DNA from: Patellaria atrata CBS 101060
Taxonomy: Eukaryota
Length of the DNA: 64,000 nucleotides
Reading direction: 5' to 3'
Assembly (NCBI GenBank): GCA_010093705.1
Contig: MU006090.1
Location: 558,001-622,000, forward strand
The position numbers and the translations under genes were made by a program. Under the pieces are notes generated by a model. The model saw only the letters and a program-made list of their open reading frames with translations, searched no databases and had not been told where the DNA came from. Positions 22,028 through 34,500 of this stretch are shown here, piece by piece. Each line of letters opens with the position of its first letter. Positions within the stretch are counted from its first letter, which is position 1.

Positions 22028-22285
22028 ATCAACTAAAAGCGCTTTTGCTGTTTGGGTCATTGAGTATGTCATGTCAACACCTTTGTAAATACTAGGATCA
22101 ACTGGAAGGGATTTTGGTGCTTGGGTCATTGGATACTGTTTTAGGAATTGAACAAGGCTTCAACACTGTAAGTACTAGGATCAACGAAAGGTTTTTGCTG
22201 TCCGGTTCATTGTACATATATCAATACCTGTAAATATTGGGATCAACTAAAAGGGGGTATTGTCGTTTGGATCATCAACACCTCT
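22028..22285. repeat. Degenerate 60-85 bp tandem repeat, about 4 copies
   Basis: ATCAAC..TTTTG(C/G)TG..GGTCATTG..TCAACAC..TGTAAATACTAGG, restarting at about 22028, 22097, 22180 and 22241. Confidence 0.75.
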
Positions 22286-22954
22286 ATACTTCCACACACT
22301 GTGGAGACCAGAATAACTCAACAACAAGTCAATCAACCAAATGTCTTTTCACTTTCAAAAATTCAAAGACATCCGACGGATCTTAGATTTGAGAAGTGCC
22401 AATTCAGGCCTAGCGGCAACACCAGGACTACCCGAATAGGCAATCCTCTCCCCCTCGATCCCTCCCCTACATTCGCCCTCACTCAAGCCCAACCAACCCC
22501 CGCAAAATCGAAACATGTCAGACCCGTCGGACACGGAAAAAAAATGTATAGATAGAAAACTGCATACTTCGTGTTCTGGTCCAGCTTTCTGATGTGGATG
22601 TGCTTTCCTCTACGATCTGGGTAATACCCGGGCGCTCTACTGTCTCTACGCACAGTAGTGTGTAACGGGGTTGATATTACTACCGTATGTACGCTCTTAA
22701 GATATGAATTGAGAAATTCGGGAAGTTATTAATTGAAAAATGACAACGGAGTTGAATCGTTGAGGTATACGCCCACCCTGATACCACGCCCCGATATCAC
22801 ATCATGACATAATTCCCCTTCACCCATGATGCTCTAACCTCATACGGAAAACTCTCCATCTTCGGTACCAGCCATGGATATTTTGATCAAAATCCTCATT
22901 CCACAGAACCCACGCATTAGCGCTCGCGATTATGATGGCAGTAACGACGGTTCC

Positions 22955-25900
22955 TCACACAATCTCCACGACATCTCCAAACTCCCTCAACATCCACTCT
23001 TCGACATCCTCCCATCCCTCCCTGGTATTTTCTTTCTCTTTCACTTCTACTCGACATTTGTCACTCTCATCCTCTTGGATGACTTTTAACTCTGGAACAG
23101 GAGCCTCAGAGCCTCCCTCCTCAATCTCCTCGTTGAGTTCTATTCTGCCAACCTGACCAGTGGCGTAACTATCGTGGTCAATGAGGTCAGTCCCACCCTG
23201 CTCCTGCCACATCTCCCTCGCGGTCTTTATCTTCTTCCACTCCCTTCCCCCTAGCTCCTCCGCTCTCCTCTTCCAAATTTCCTTCCCCTTTCCTATCGGT
23301 GTGTCCTCAGTCATCGAACTCTTCATCCTCAGGAACAAAGTCTTGTCCTTCTGCGATTTTAGCTTCTTTGGAGCATCATCAAGGTTTTCAGGAGTGCCAA
23401 AATACTGTGACGAGTATTGCATTGGTGAAGCGCTACGTCCCTTTTGCTGAGTCTGTGGTGGTGCGGAGGTAAAGGAGCCAGAAGCATTGGGTTGCAGATC
23501 TTGCGAGTCGGCAAGACCGATCATAGCAGCTTCGAGGGAGGTGTCGGTGTTTCTTTCATCTTCGTAGTCATCATTCCCTGCGGTTGAGTCCAAGAGGCCG
23601 TTTGCAATTTCTTCGCCTCCCAAGTCAAAGTCGTCTTGGTTCCGAGCGGGCACTGTAGTGTCAAAGTCATTGCATTGCGTCGTTAAGATATCCTCCCAGA
23701 CGCCGTCATCGTAATCACTCGACTCATTCTTCCTATGAATTTCATTGCTTAAGAACGACAGACGCGGTGAATGCCCAGCGGCATAATCATATGCCGGCTT
23801 CTTGCTTCCTAATGTCCTCAACGGGGCGGGCGCGGATTGCTGCACTTTTTTGTGGACCCGATCAAGTTTCTTGGCTTCATACGGTGTTCGCTCCTTTTTG
23901 TTCTTGTACTCATCCACGCTTCTACTAATGCTCGGTTGCTCTGTCAGATCCACTTCTTCAATGGGCTGGATAGAGGACCCCGATAAAAGTTCTGGTCCTC
24001 TGCGTTTCTTCGTTGGAGATAGAGACAACTTTGTTTGAGTCTTCTGGGTTGGCTTTGGAAGATCCTGGGATTTGGTCTTCGTCCTTTGAGTAGTCGATAC
24101 TTCGTTTGCGTTGTCCTTAATCTTATTCTTTACGACAGATTTTTTCGGAGGCTTATCTATACCCTCACGACAGCAAAAGTGCTTACAGCTCGTCTTGTCC
24201 TTGCACTGATGGTTACAAGCCCATTTACCATTGGGGAGTCTTGTCGGCTCCCGTTCCCTCTCTATTTGACTCCCTTGAGGAGCATTAAGCCTGCCGTTCT
24301 TTTCTCTAGCTCTAGTTTGATGGGACGTCCCCGAGCTTCCAGTGTCGTATATGTCTATTGGTGTAAAATCGGGTTCGTCCAATTCAACACGTTCAAGGTC
24401 AGCATCATCAATATCGTCGTCCCCGAAAAAATCACTATTCTTGGGACTAGAACGTTGTGCATTAGGACCACTTTCGGATCTTCTTTTTGAAGTGTTCATT
24501 CCGGGTTTGCTATTCGATAAGTTCTTATCCCGCTTCGGTGGAGGGAACTTGGATGCGGGAATATCAGGTTTCAGAGTTGCCTGCCTTTGCGTACCGGCTT
24601 AGAATTGTCAGTAACGCAGAACTGGGAAGGGCGACAACGACGTACCGATTTCATCACACATGATATAGCAAGTAATTGATTGCGTTGCGCTTGTCAATAT
24701 GGCTGAAAAGAGAGCTTCTTGTCCATGGCCAAGCTTCTGCGCGCTACAGAATATAAGTAAAGTAGAAAGTAGTAGAGTTTACTACTTACCTGATTCTACA
24801 AAAATGCACTTTGTTGCCATCTGATGTCTCCGCGAGCATACAAACATACACGGGCCTTTTGTGCCATATAAGAGGTGGTCGGTCGTTGATAAACCCCATC
24901 TCAGCTTTGACGTTCACTCGGACACCATCCCCATTCTTCATGACCTATACTTAAGTTAGTATAATAGGCCTTTGGTTAAGAAAATCAAACATACAGAGTA
25001 CCCCATCATGTTTACTTGGACTCGTAGCTTCGGAAATCCCTTGAGCTTATCGAGTAACTTCGCGCCATAAGGTGGGTGTTTGCTCAAGATCATATCAATA
25101 CGATGGGACTCTGTATTTTCGAGAGCTTCGATACTCCTGATCCCAGCTTTCGCGAGCTTGATTATGGAGACATTTCCAATCCCTTCGATCTGTTTTAGTT
25201 GTGCGGGGGAATCATCCCATACTTTCGCAGCGAGACTGCGACCTAGAGTAAGGGCATTTCGAGTTGAAATAGAATCCTCAAGGTAAAGTTGGCAGTCAAT
25301 AATGCATCTGATGAGACGGTGGACATGTTGAAAAACGACACCGATCTCAGTCTGAAATTGCATTTTGTGTTTCTGTTCATTGGTTGGAAGGTCTATGCCA
25401 CCTAAGACGGCTTGAATGACGAGGGAAACTTTATGAGCTGGGAGTGTAAGATCGACTGGAATTGGGAACTTCAAGAATGAGTGGGTGTTCAACTGCTTGT
25501 AAATTGGTTTCTCGCCAGCACGAAAACGGATCTCTCTGAATTCCGCCGCTTGAGCGAGGCACGAAAGCTAAATCAGACTGTATTAGTAATTTTAGCTCGG
25601 GGGATGCTAATATACTCACAAGTTCTGACAATTTCGCCTTTGGTTGCAACCCAAGAAATACTTTCATGGTCTGGAATTGGAGGTAATACCGGGCCATTGC
25701 ATCCCCAAACTCGGTAGAGCACAATCTTGGGTCGGCAGTAACAAGATCATATTCCTGGAGTAGCTTGATACTCTTGCTACAAATCCGATCCAATTTCTCA
25801 TCAAGGCTAGGAGCATCGACATCAATGTCGCCTTCTAACCTGTAATGATTTGGATTCTTTTGAAGTCTGACATACAGGAAAGTTCCCGTAAGCCACGTTC

Positions 25901-28348
25901 GAGCAGAGTGTACATCCCTGATCGTGCCAAGTCCTATTTCCGCGTTCTATAGCAAGTTAGAAAATAGAACCAATGAATTCAATATAACTATACTTACCAT
26001 ATGTTCAATCAAGTTGAGGTGCAGGCTAAATCTCGGTCAGTCACGAATCGAAATCTATGAGAAAGGTCAAGAGACGTACCAACTCTCAAGTATTTCCTGG
26101 CCAGAGGCCATTTTTTCGTAGTGTTTGGCCTTTTCAATTCTCGTCATAATGACTGCGATAGCACTGTCTTCAAATTGAGGGCGTCCCGCGCGTCCAAGCA
26201 TCTGCATAATTTCCAGATCCGGATATTCCTTCAACGTACCCCCTTGATACATCATGGTATTCTTGATTATGACAAAATGACAGGGAAGATTAACACCGAC
26301 CGCTAGGGTTGATGTACAGCATATGACACTTATGTTACCATGGAGGAAACCCTTTTCGATTGCCTGCCGATCTTGAGCATCCACTCCACCATGATGGAAA
26401 GCAACACCAGCAGTGACAGTGCCTTGATGAAGGATTAGTTGTAAAGTGTTCTGGCTTGCAGTTACGGATACTCACCTTTCAATTCCAAATCGCCCACCCG
26501 GACAGGATGTTGCGGTGCCTGCCAGTGACGGTCTCTAGGTCCCTTGGTCGACCACCAGTTCGCAAGTACTTTCGCTGTGTCGATAGTTGATTTCCGCGTG
26601 CAGCAGAATATCATGATAGGCTTCTTCTGTGAGTATTTAGTAATGACCTCTGGGAGTCTGCAGATTTATTAGTCGTTGAATGGACAGAAAATTTCATTTA
26701 ACACACTTGCTGTCGAGGATTTTCTCAAAAGCGAAGTCATTCATCCCTCCTTGATACCCAACAACATGTCTTTGAAGTTTAACAGGTCTAAATTCCTCCC
26801 CAAAACGCTCTCTGGTTGCTGGAACATGCTGATTCAAAGAATCTTTCCCAAGCCATGTTGCGATATCATCAGAATTGGGCACAGTGGCAGATAATGCAAT
26901 AAAGCGTACGTCTGATCCCACGGACTTCATTCTAGAGACAACAGCTTCTAACGTTGCGCCGCGATCTTCCTTTAATATGTGGACCTCATCGATGAGAAAT
27001 AGTTTTACAAGTTGCATGAGACGCTCATGATCTTTCCATTTTCTAGTCATACTGTCCCACTTTTCGGGCGTGGTTATTATGATCGTCGCAGTCTGTACAC
27101 TGCGCAATTGCGCCTGGTCGCTATCCCCAGTGAGTTCTGCACACTCTAAGTTGAGAGATGAGAACTTGTTTGTCCAATCTCGCCATCTCTCAGAGCATAA
27201 TGATTTGGTTGGAGCTTGATATACAATCTTATACCGCCCATGTGGATAAGTGGTTACGGCTCGGCAGATTGCGAGCTCAAGGACAGCAGTCTTTCCGCTG
27301 CCCGTTGGAGCAGAAAGAACGAAATTTTCGTTACTCTCGTAGACGCAATCAAAGGATTTAGACTGTATAGCATTGAAAAGAAGCATTGGGAAGACGGAAC
27401 GGAATCTATCTGGGAGTGAATGGGTGGAGATGAGCTGGATTCCTTGAGCTATGGGTGGTGCATGAGAGAGTGCGATTTGTTTCGGTACTAGTTTATTGTA
27501 GGAAGGGGCGAAATTAGTAGTATTGATGGGTATAGCGTTGCTAGTGGATGCATTAATATCTTCGGTATCATCTGCTAATGGTCCGGCATCAACATAGTCA
27601 TGACATTCAGATCTCTGTTGATTCTTGGGGGTCCGTGGAGTTTCCCGGACTCGCTGACCACTGGCTCGTCTTTGGCTAGCTTTGAAAGCTGGACTTGAAG
27701 GCTGGCCGCGAGGAGATGAGCTTGATTGCTGAGTCGAAAGACCATTGTACGCAAATTGGGCTAATTATCTCATGTAAATGAACCAGTCATTGAACTCACT
27801 AACCGAGAGACTTACCCAGGTCCCGCTTGAGAAAGGGATTTTGTATCCTCTGATCTGCGATCTACTGAGTCCTATCTATATGATATTGGTTGAAGTGCTT
27901 ACTACTTTGATGAGTCGGCTTGTATTCAATATCCTCGAGCGTTGATTGTAGACCGCCATCCACCTGCATTGTCTGCCTGTCTTGTCTGGGAGCGAGTGTA
28001 AGTCTAGCTCGACCTTCAGCAGCAGCTCTTGCGCGATCACCATGAGGTAGATTCAGGAGTTCTTCATCTGGACGAATAAGCAGTGACCGCGAGTGTGGAT
28101 ACAAGAGACCGACCGAAAGTATCGTGACGATGCACCTGCCTTCGCTCGAATCTATACTCCTCGTGGCGGTGTTGCTGTGCCCAATCAGTGCTGTGACGTT
28201 GCTGACGCGTATAGTCCTCATCGTCTAGCCCGGATCTTAATGGTAACAATGTAGGCTGAAGTGTAATCGGTGGATATCGGTGATCGGGATTGGTAGATGC
28301 AGTTGTTCGCTCTAGATTATCTAGAAGATCAAATACCGGGTCTGACAT
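22955..28348 (-). CDS. MER3: Meiotic DEXH helicase MER3/HFM1 (multi-exon)
   Basis: FNAIQSKSF, SAPTGSGKTAVLELAI, APTKSLCSER, TTPEKWDSMTRKWKDH, DEVH, ALSATVPN, STLAVGVNLP and QMLGRAGRPQF; a Sec63 domain; and the CNHQCKDKTSCKHFCCREG zinc motif typical of Mer3. Internal exon boundaries not all resolved. Confidence 0.93.
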
Positions 28349-28967
28349 GGTAAAGGATCGAAGTCATGAGAGGAACATGTAAATAGATACGTATATAGCA
28401 GTGGAGATAATAGAACATAGACTGTTAATGGCCGTGAAGCTGTTCAGATGGACGAGGTTCGACCGCGATCAGACGAAAAGAGAAGTCCGTTCAAAGGTTC
28501 AAGTCGCAGCTCCCTAATTGGGATGCATAGATTCCATATGTACAGACTTACAAGAAACCATGAGAACGTACCTTACCATATGTGATACCCGACGAAAGAT
28601 GTGGAACTGTATTATACAGAGCAAAACTGCCCATTTAGCGTTCCATGAAAATAAATCAGTGCGCCCAAAAAATGCACCGCCTTTTTAGATCTTCAGCGTG
28701 CCATGACCTGAGCATTATCCCTCAACGCCGCTGCGTCCGATGCCGAGAAATTCCAACTATGATATCGTGATGTTAAGCCGTTAGGTTAGTGTATCGTCTG
28801 ATTAATTACAGAGATTCTATATCCACCTTAGATCAATATCGGCCCATTAAGAATCAAAACTTTTCAAAGTCTGCGAAGGAACTAGAAAGCAACAAAGGGC
28901 TCTCTGCGGCAAAGAAGCTGCTCACTTTAATCACTCGTCACGAACATAATAGAATTGAGGTGAGCTC

Positions 28968-30529
28968 TTACTCATCCCGTTTTCCGAACGACCTTCTTTC
29001 TGAGCCGGCCCTTGTCGGCGTGCCAGGCCTTGACGTTGTCCTCGCATCTCCTAGTAATGGAGACTTTAGAAGCGTTGAGGTACCGTCTTTTGTGCCATCA
29101 AAGTATGAGGGATCATTATCGACGGTTGTCTTCTCATACTCTGCAATCGTGATTGGAGGCGCTCGGGCATGTTCTTGGTGAGTGTAGAGATATGTCGCAC
29201 CAAGAACAACCACCGTTCCGACGATATTCTGTCATTGTCAGTTCTTTACATGCGTCTATACGAGAGAACTTGGTATCTTACGCCTGTAGTAATCTGAAGA
29301 TCAAATATAAAGTAGCTCGCCACGAAACTGATGAGGATACTAATGCTCGTTGCGAAATTCTTGGCAATATTGTCCGCGTAATTGACGACCAAGGCTACAA
29401 CAATGCCACCGAATGCCTGCATCAGTATAGCAGCCCATACTACTCCATTGTAACCGGCAAAGAAGCCAGCTTTCGCAATGTCCGCTCCATCTTTGAAAAC
29501 CACACCAATGAACAGTGCCGGGAATAAAGAGTAGAACGCCAATTGGATGTTGCGAATCCAAAGTGATACGGGAGCGCCAGAATCCTTGAGGACTTTTTCA
29601 AAATAAACACCCGCAAGCCCAGAGAGCATACAAGCAACAATGACAGCAGTCAGACCAATAGAGGCATTCATCCCATTAGAATGATCGGTGGGTGATATGC
29701 CTTGGTCTTGGTGGATGCCCTCATACGTTGCGGAGCGCTTGGAAAGCAACTGTTTGGCCGCAAAATTGCCCAGGGCCATTAACTCTTCGAGCGATCGCGG
29801 ATGATTGTATTCTGACTGTTCATCCTTGAGTGTCTCCATTGTAGGGGGCGGTGGAGGTGTGCTACCGCTTGGTAATTGTACAATAGCGACGCCAATGGTC
29901 AACAACACCAAGGCAGTCCATTTCCGGGCAGATAATGAACGGCGGAGTAGCATCACCGTGAACACCGCGGTTGTGAGAATCTTCAGTTGATACGTGACCT
30001 GAAAGACGGCGGGTGAGAGGTTGCTAACAGCGACGTACTGAAGAGAGTTCTGCAATGTGTACAGCATGGCGGGAATTGCAAGCTTCCAGCTGTCCCCGGT
30101 GAATACGGAAGCGATGAGCGTCTTGAAAAGCGTCATCGCTGTCGCCGGAGGAGCAGTGTTGCTTGAGATATCGTAGAGTGCCATTGTGAGTGATATACCA
30201 AGTTTAATGACCTCGTTTAGCAGCACAGCGGTTGATGTGAAGTATCTTTGTCCATCCACCAAAGGCATGATTCGAGAATAGTGCATTATCTAGGGCAGAG
30301 GAGTAAGTATGGGTGTGCACGCGACAGTCTAGCGTAGGCAACGTGGGAGTATCAAGCGCTTTGTGTAACAAGGAGTGCGTACCAATATTAGGCCAGAATT
30401 TTGGAAAGTGAGCTATTATGCTTCATCAGTCAACGCCTTAAGAGATGGAGTAGACGTCCTTACAGTGACTAGGGAGATATGTTTCATCGGAATACCTCCC
30501 CAAGTAGCTGATCGTCTTTCCGTAGCCAT
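28968..30529 (-). CDS. gms1: Golgi nucleotide-sugar (UDP-galactose-type, SLC35A) transporter
   Basis: Exons MATERR..KHISLVT / LTFQNSGLIL / IMHYSRIMP..YFTSTAVLLNEVIKL..LAIPAMLYTLQNSLQY..YQLKILTTA..GLAGVYFEKVLK..YADNIAKNFATSISI / last exon 28968-29230. Substrate is inferred from family only. Confidence 0.9.
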
Positions 30530-31527
30530 AGTGAACTCCCTGAACCCGATCCCCTTTTACGTGTGTTTTCTGTTACGCGTGAGTCGAGAACACCTCGGAG
30601 AGGGTCGACGTTCGGCGACAATATGGCGAAGAGGCAGGAAACGAAGGTCGACAAGTCGGTGATTGAATGAGTGCAGGAGAGAAAGACGCAGGACAAAGAG
30701 TGCGGAAGAGGAACATCGGCAGGGAGAATTAGTTGGATGAATCCAACTACCTGGCTAACTTTCAAGAGGTACGAGGTGCATACAGTACGGTACGAGAATA
30801 ACAATTTCTGGGGTCCCACCAACTCTAGAAACCAGTCTAGCAAGGTCATCAGCCACTCAGGTCATCCATGCCCTTTCACCCAAGTGCATGTCCAAAAACG
30901 GCTACATCGAAACAAACATGTGTGTTTTGTATCCAATGCATCTACACAGACCGCCCTCACGGCATCCACTTCACCAAGTCCATCATCGCGCCGAGAAGAA
31001 GGAACCGATTCCGCTATTGTCCGCCACAGATCTCTACATGTGCCTAAATTGACTGCATGACCTCTCTGCAAGTGATCAGCTGCCAAGTGTAAATCCGGGG
31101 TGTTGGAAGAAAATATGCACCGACACACGGAGCGGAAACTTGAAAATTACTAATTTGCAACATACATATAAATTATGATACAGAACATCCCGTTTTCAAC
31201 TTGTCATGGTGATGATGAAAGTTCTCTTGAAGTTGCTCAGCCATTACAAGCATCAGATAAGAGCTAAACTCTAAATTAACTAGGCCCGAGCGCATGGTAG
31301 ACAACGCTCCGCCAGTACTTTTCCACGTGCTCGCAAGCCACTAAAATACTCCCAGAAATGTACTGTAGCCCCTTTGCCATATACGTACAAATACATGCCC
31401 CAGCAGCCCGGAACGCAGAGATGAAGCCCCTAATCGACGCTCAGCCGAATATGCCTCCCTTTTGAAATTTGAAAAATACAAAGGAAAAATTATGCTTAGA
31501 TAAGTCCCATAGTGATGCCGTAGAATT

Positions 31528-34500
31528 TCAATTTCCGTGTGGCCCTCCTCTGGGCCTCTTGCCTCCGTTTCCACCTTCACTTCCTTCATGTGGTCGCTTG
31601 TTGCCTCCTGGAAGCCATTGTTTGGCTGTAGGATTCAAATTGCCTTGGTTGCCGCCGCGACCTCCACCTGGACTACCCATGTTTTGTCCCTGGGACTGGT
31701 TGTTTTGTTGCATATTGTACCCATCACCTCGGCCTCCACCACGTCCTTTATTACCTCGAGGGACACCTTGATGACCCCCTCGCTGATGTTGTGCCTGGAC
31801 ATTCACGCCTTGTTGTTGTTGCTGGCCCTGTTGGAATTGGCCTTGTTGAAATTGGCCTTGAGGTCCACCCCTCCCAATAGGTCTCGGAATACCTCCGCCT
31901 CGTGGAATTCCGGATTGGCCTTGCTGGTTGTTCACGTTCATTATGCCCCGTAACGCGCCAGGCCCTGTGCCTATACTAGACTGACCCATTGGCGGCCGAT
32001 TAGGTATACCATAGTTCTGTGCTCCTGAAATCTGTAGTTGGTTTGGTTGTGGAGGTTGTCCAGCCTGGCTCTGCTGCTGAGGAGGCCCCTGGAGTTGGTT
32101 TTGGCTTTGTTGCGCTTGAATTTGACGTCCGAACGTTCCAGGCTGGACTGGAAGTCCTTGTTGACTGGAGTTTGGCTGGGAGAACGAAGGCGGCCGACCG
32201 AACGTGTCCGGCTGGGGCTGGAGTTGATCTGGAGATGGTGCTTCTTGTGGTCTTGTTGTCTGCGTTCCCGGTAATACCTCTGATGCTTGCATGGCTTGAG
32301 GTGCTTGGGAAGGACCTTGAGCTGCTTGTGTTCCCTGAGAAGCTTGCAGGGCTGGTTGCGAAGCCGAAGCTTGGGCTGTGGTAGGGGTGGATGTAGTTGG
32401 TGTTGCGGTCACCGGCGCGGGTTTTGTATTCTGGGCAATAGACCAAACCTCGCCAACCGCACGTTCTGGTGTTTCTTTTGCTGCTGTTTGAACAACTTCG
32501 AGTCTCGCGGTAGCTGTTTTCAAACGGTTGTCTGTCATATTGAGTTTGACGATGGTACGTTTACTCTCCATCATGACCGCCTGCTCCTTTTCCTTATCAG
32601 CCTTCTTTTTGAATTCTTCGAGTTTCTCTTGCGTCGCCTTCTCTTGCTCTTCGAGTTTCTGAGTCAACTCTGCTTTCGCCTGTTCAAGCTTGGTTTGAAT
32701 GTTGCGGGTGACAATTCGCTTGACTTCAGCATTAGTTGATATAATATTTCTGATATCCTCGTCAGAAAAATTCAATTCACTGATCGGCTTGGTATTTTCG
32801 ACTTTGACAGTAGCACCCGCATTTGCGGCTGTCTCTGCGGCTGTTTCCGGCTGGGAAGGGCCTCCAGTGGTCGGTGTGGTTGTCGGAAGCTGCTGCGTTG
32901 CCTTTTCGAGTTCGGCTTGGTGGGCCGACTTCAGTTCTTCGACCGCAGCCTCATGTTCTGCCTTCAACTTCTCAATGGCTTCTGTATATTCCTCTGCTAC
33001 CTCCTTTCGCCATTTTTCTTTTCCTTCCTGAAGTTTCGTCGATAATTGCTTTTTCATAGACTCGGCTCTCTTGTTGTACGTTTCTTCGGCTGCTTTAACA
33101 CGCTGAGCATACTCACCCTCAAGTTGATTTCTCATAGAGACAACCTCCTCAGAAGTTTGTGGGTTAGTAATGGCGGTAACGCTTCGGAGAGCCTCTAGTT
33201 CTCGCTCCTTAGTGGCCAGTTCTGCCCTAAGTGACTCTACAACATCAGTGGATACTGGTTGTTGCTCTGCATGGTTTGCGGATGCCTGCGCTTCGTCAGC
33301 CCTTGAGGATGCAGTCTTCACAGCTTCTTCGAGTTTATTCTGTTAATGGATTAGTCATGGTAATTGGGTAGATTGAATGTCCAGCGTACCTTCTCAGCTT
33401 CCAGAGCTTGAATCGTTGCATGCAAAGACTCTATCTGCTGTTCAAGTTCCGACACTCTGGCTGACTGTTCTTGAATTCGAAGCTCAAAGGTAGCCTTTTC
33501 CTCGTCCGACAGTGGCCTTGTTGAACTTTCTTCCACTTGGCCTTCTTCTATACCATTAGCCATCTCACTATCGGCAGGTTTCGCATTCGACAAAGCCTCA
33601 TCGCGAGCAGTTTTGGTAGCCTCTAACTCTGCCTCAACAGAGGCTAGCTTCTTGTTCGACTCTTCAGCCTCTGCTCTAAGGCGTTGTTGTTCTGAATCTC
33701 CGTCTCTGATTTTAGCGGAAAGATCTCTAGACCTTTGCTTGAACTGCTCGATCAGTTTGTTTCTCCGCTCTTGCCAATCTTGATTGACTTCTTCTTGTAC
33801 AGTCTGGATGCGCTCAGGGAATCCATCGACTTCCGCTTGTAGAGACTGCTTTTCGGCGACAAGTTGGTCTCGTTCAATCTGCAGATCAGAGATCTGCGTT
33901 TTCAGGGCTTGTAGTTCTGCGGGATCAACGCGATCATACTTTTGAAGAATGTTCCGATTTCGTTGTTGCCACCTTTCATTATCCTCCTTCAGCAACTTGA
34001 TCTCTCCTTCTTTCGTTTCCAAATCACTTTCCACTTCCCTCAATCGCGCTCTAAGAGGTTCAAGTTCGGACGTCAATCTTTCAACTTCCCTACTCTTCTC
34101 AGCCACCTGAGCTTGGGCTTGACGAGCATCGTTGCGAAGTGTTGTGCTACTCTCACGATAGAGATTCAACTCATTGATTGTTTCCATGAGCTTTTTGTGA
34201 CTTGCCAGACTTCGATCCTTGTCCACTTGACTCTGGCGTTCTAGGTTGAGCTTCTCTCTCGCCTGGTCGAGCTGATTTTGGAGATGGTCTACTTGTTGCT
34301 TTAGACGTTTGGACTCTTGTAGTCCAAGCTCATATTGGACGTCGACAATCTCCTTCTCGCGTCGCAGATAGCGGATAACTTCTTGAAGATTTTCGGCATC
34401 CGATCCTGGAACAGCCCCGCCATCGGTATCGCCACCTTCAGGTCCCATAGACTTTCGGCTTTGTTTCAGAGCAGCAATTTGAGCGCTGACCTTTTCGAGT

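Noticed and set aside
19555..22285. Repeat-spacer-like arrays superficially resembling CRISPR
   Set aside because: Eukaryotic context, degenerate repeats with irregular spacing and splice-signal content, and no cas genes.
5900..22800. Starship or other autonomous element as carrier of the island
   Set aside because: No tyrosine-recombinase captain, transposase, reverse transcriptase or integrase motif was seen, and no clear terminal or target repeats. It cannot be fully excluded if heavily degraded.
31528..32300. Q/G/N-rich prion-like tail of MLP1
   Set aside because: A disordered low-complexity C-terminus is normal for Mlp1/TPR proteins.
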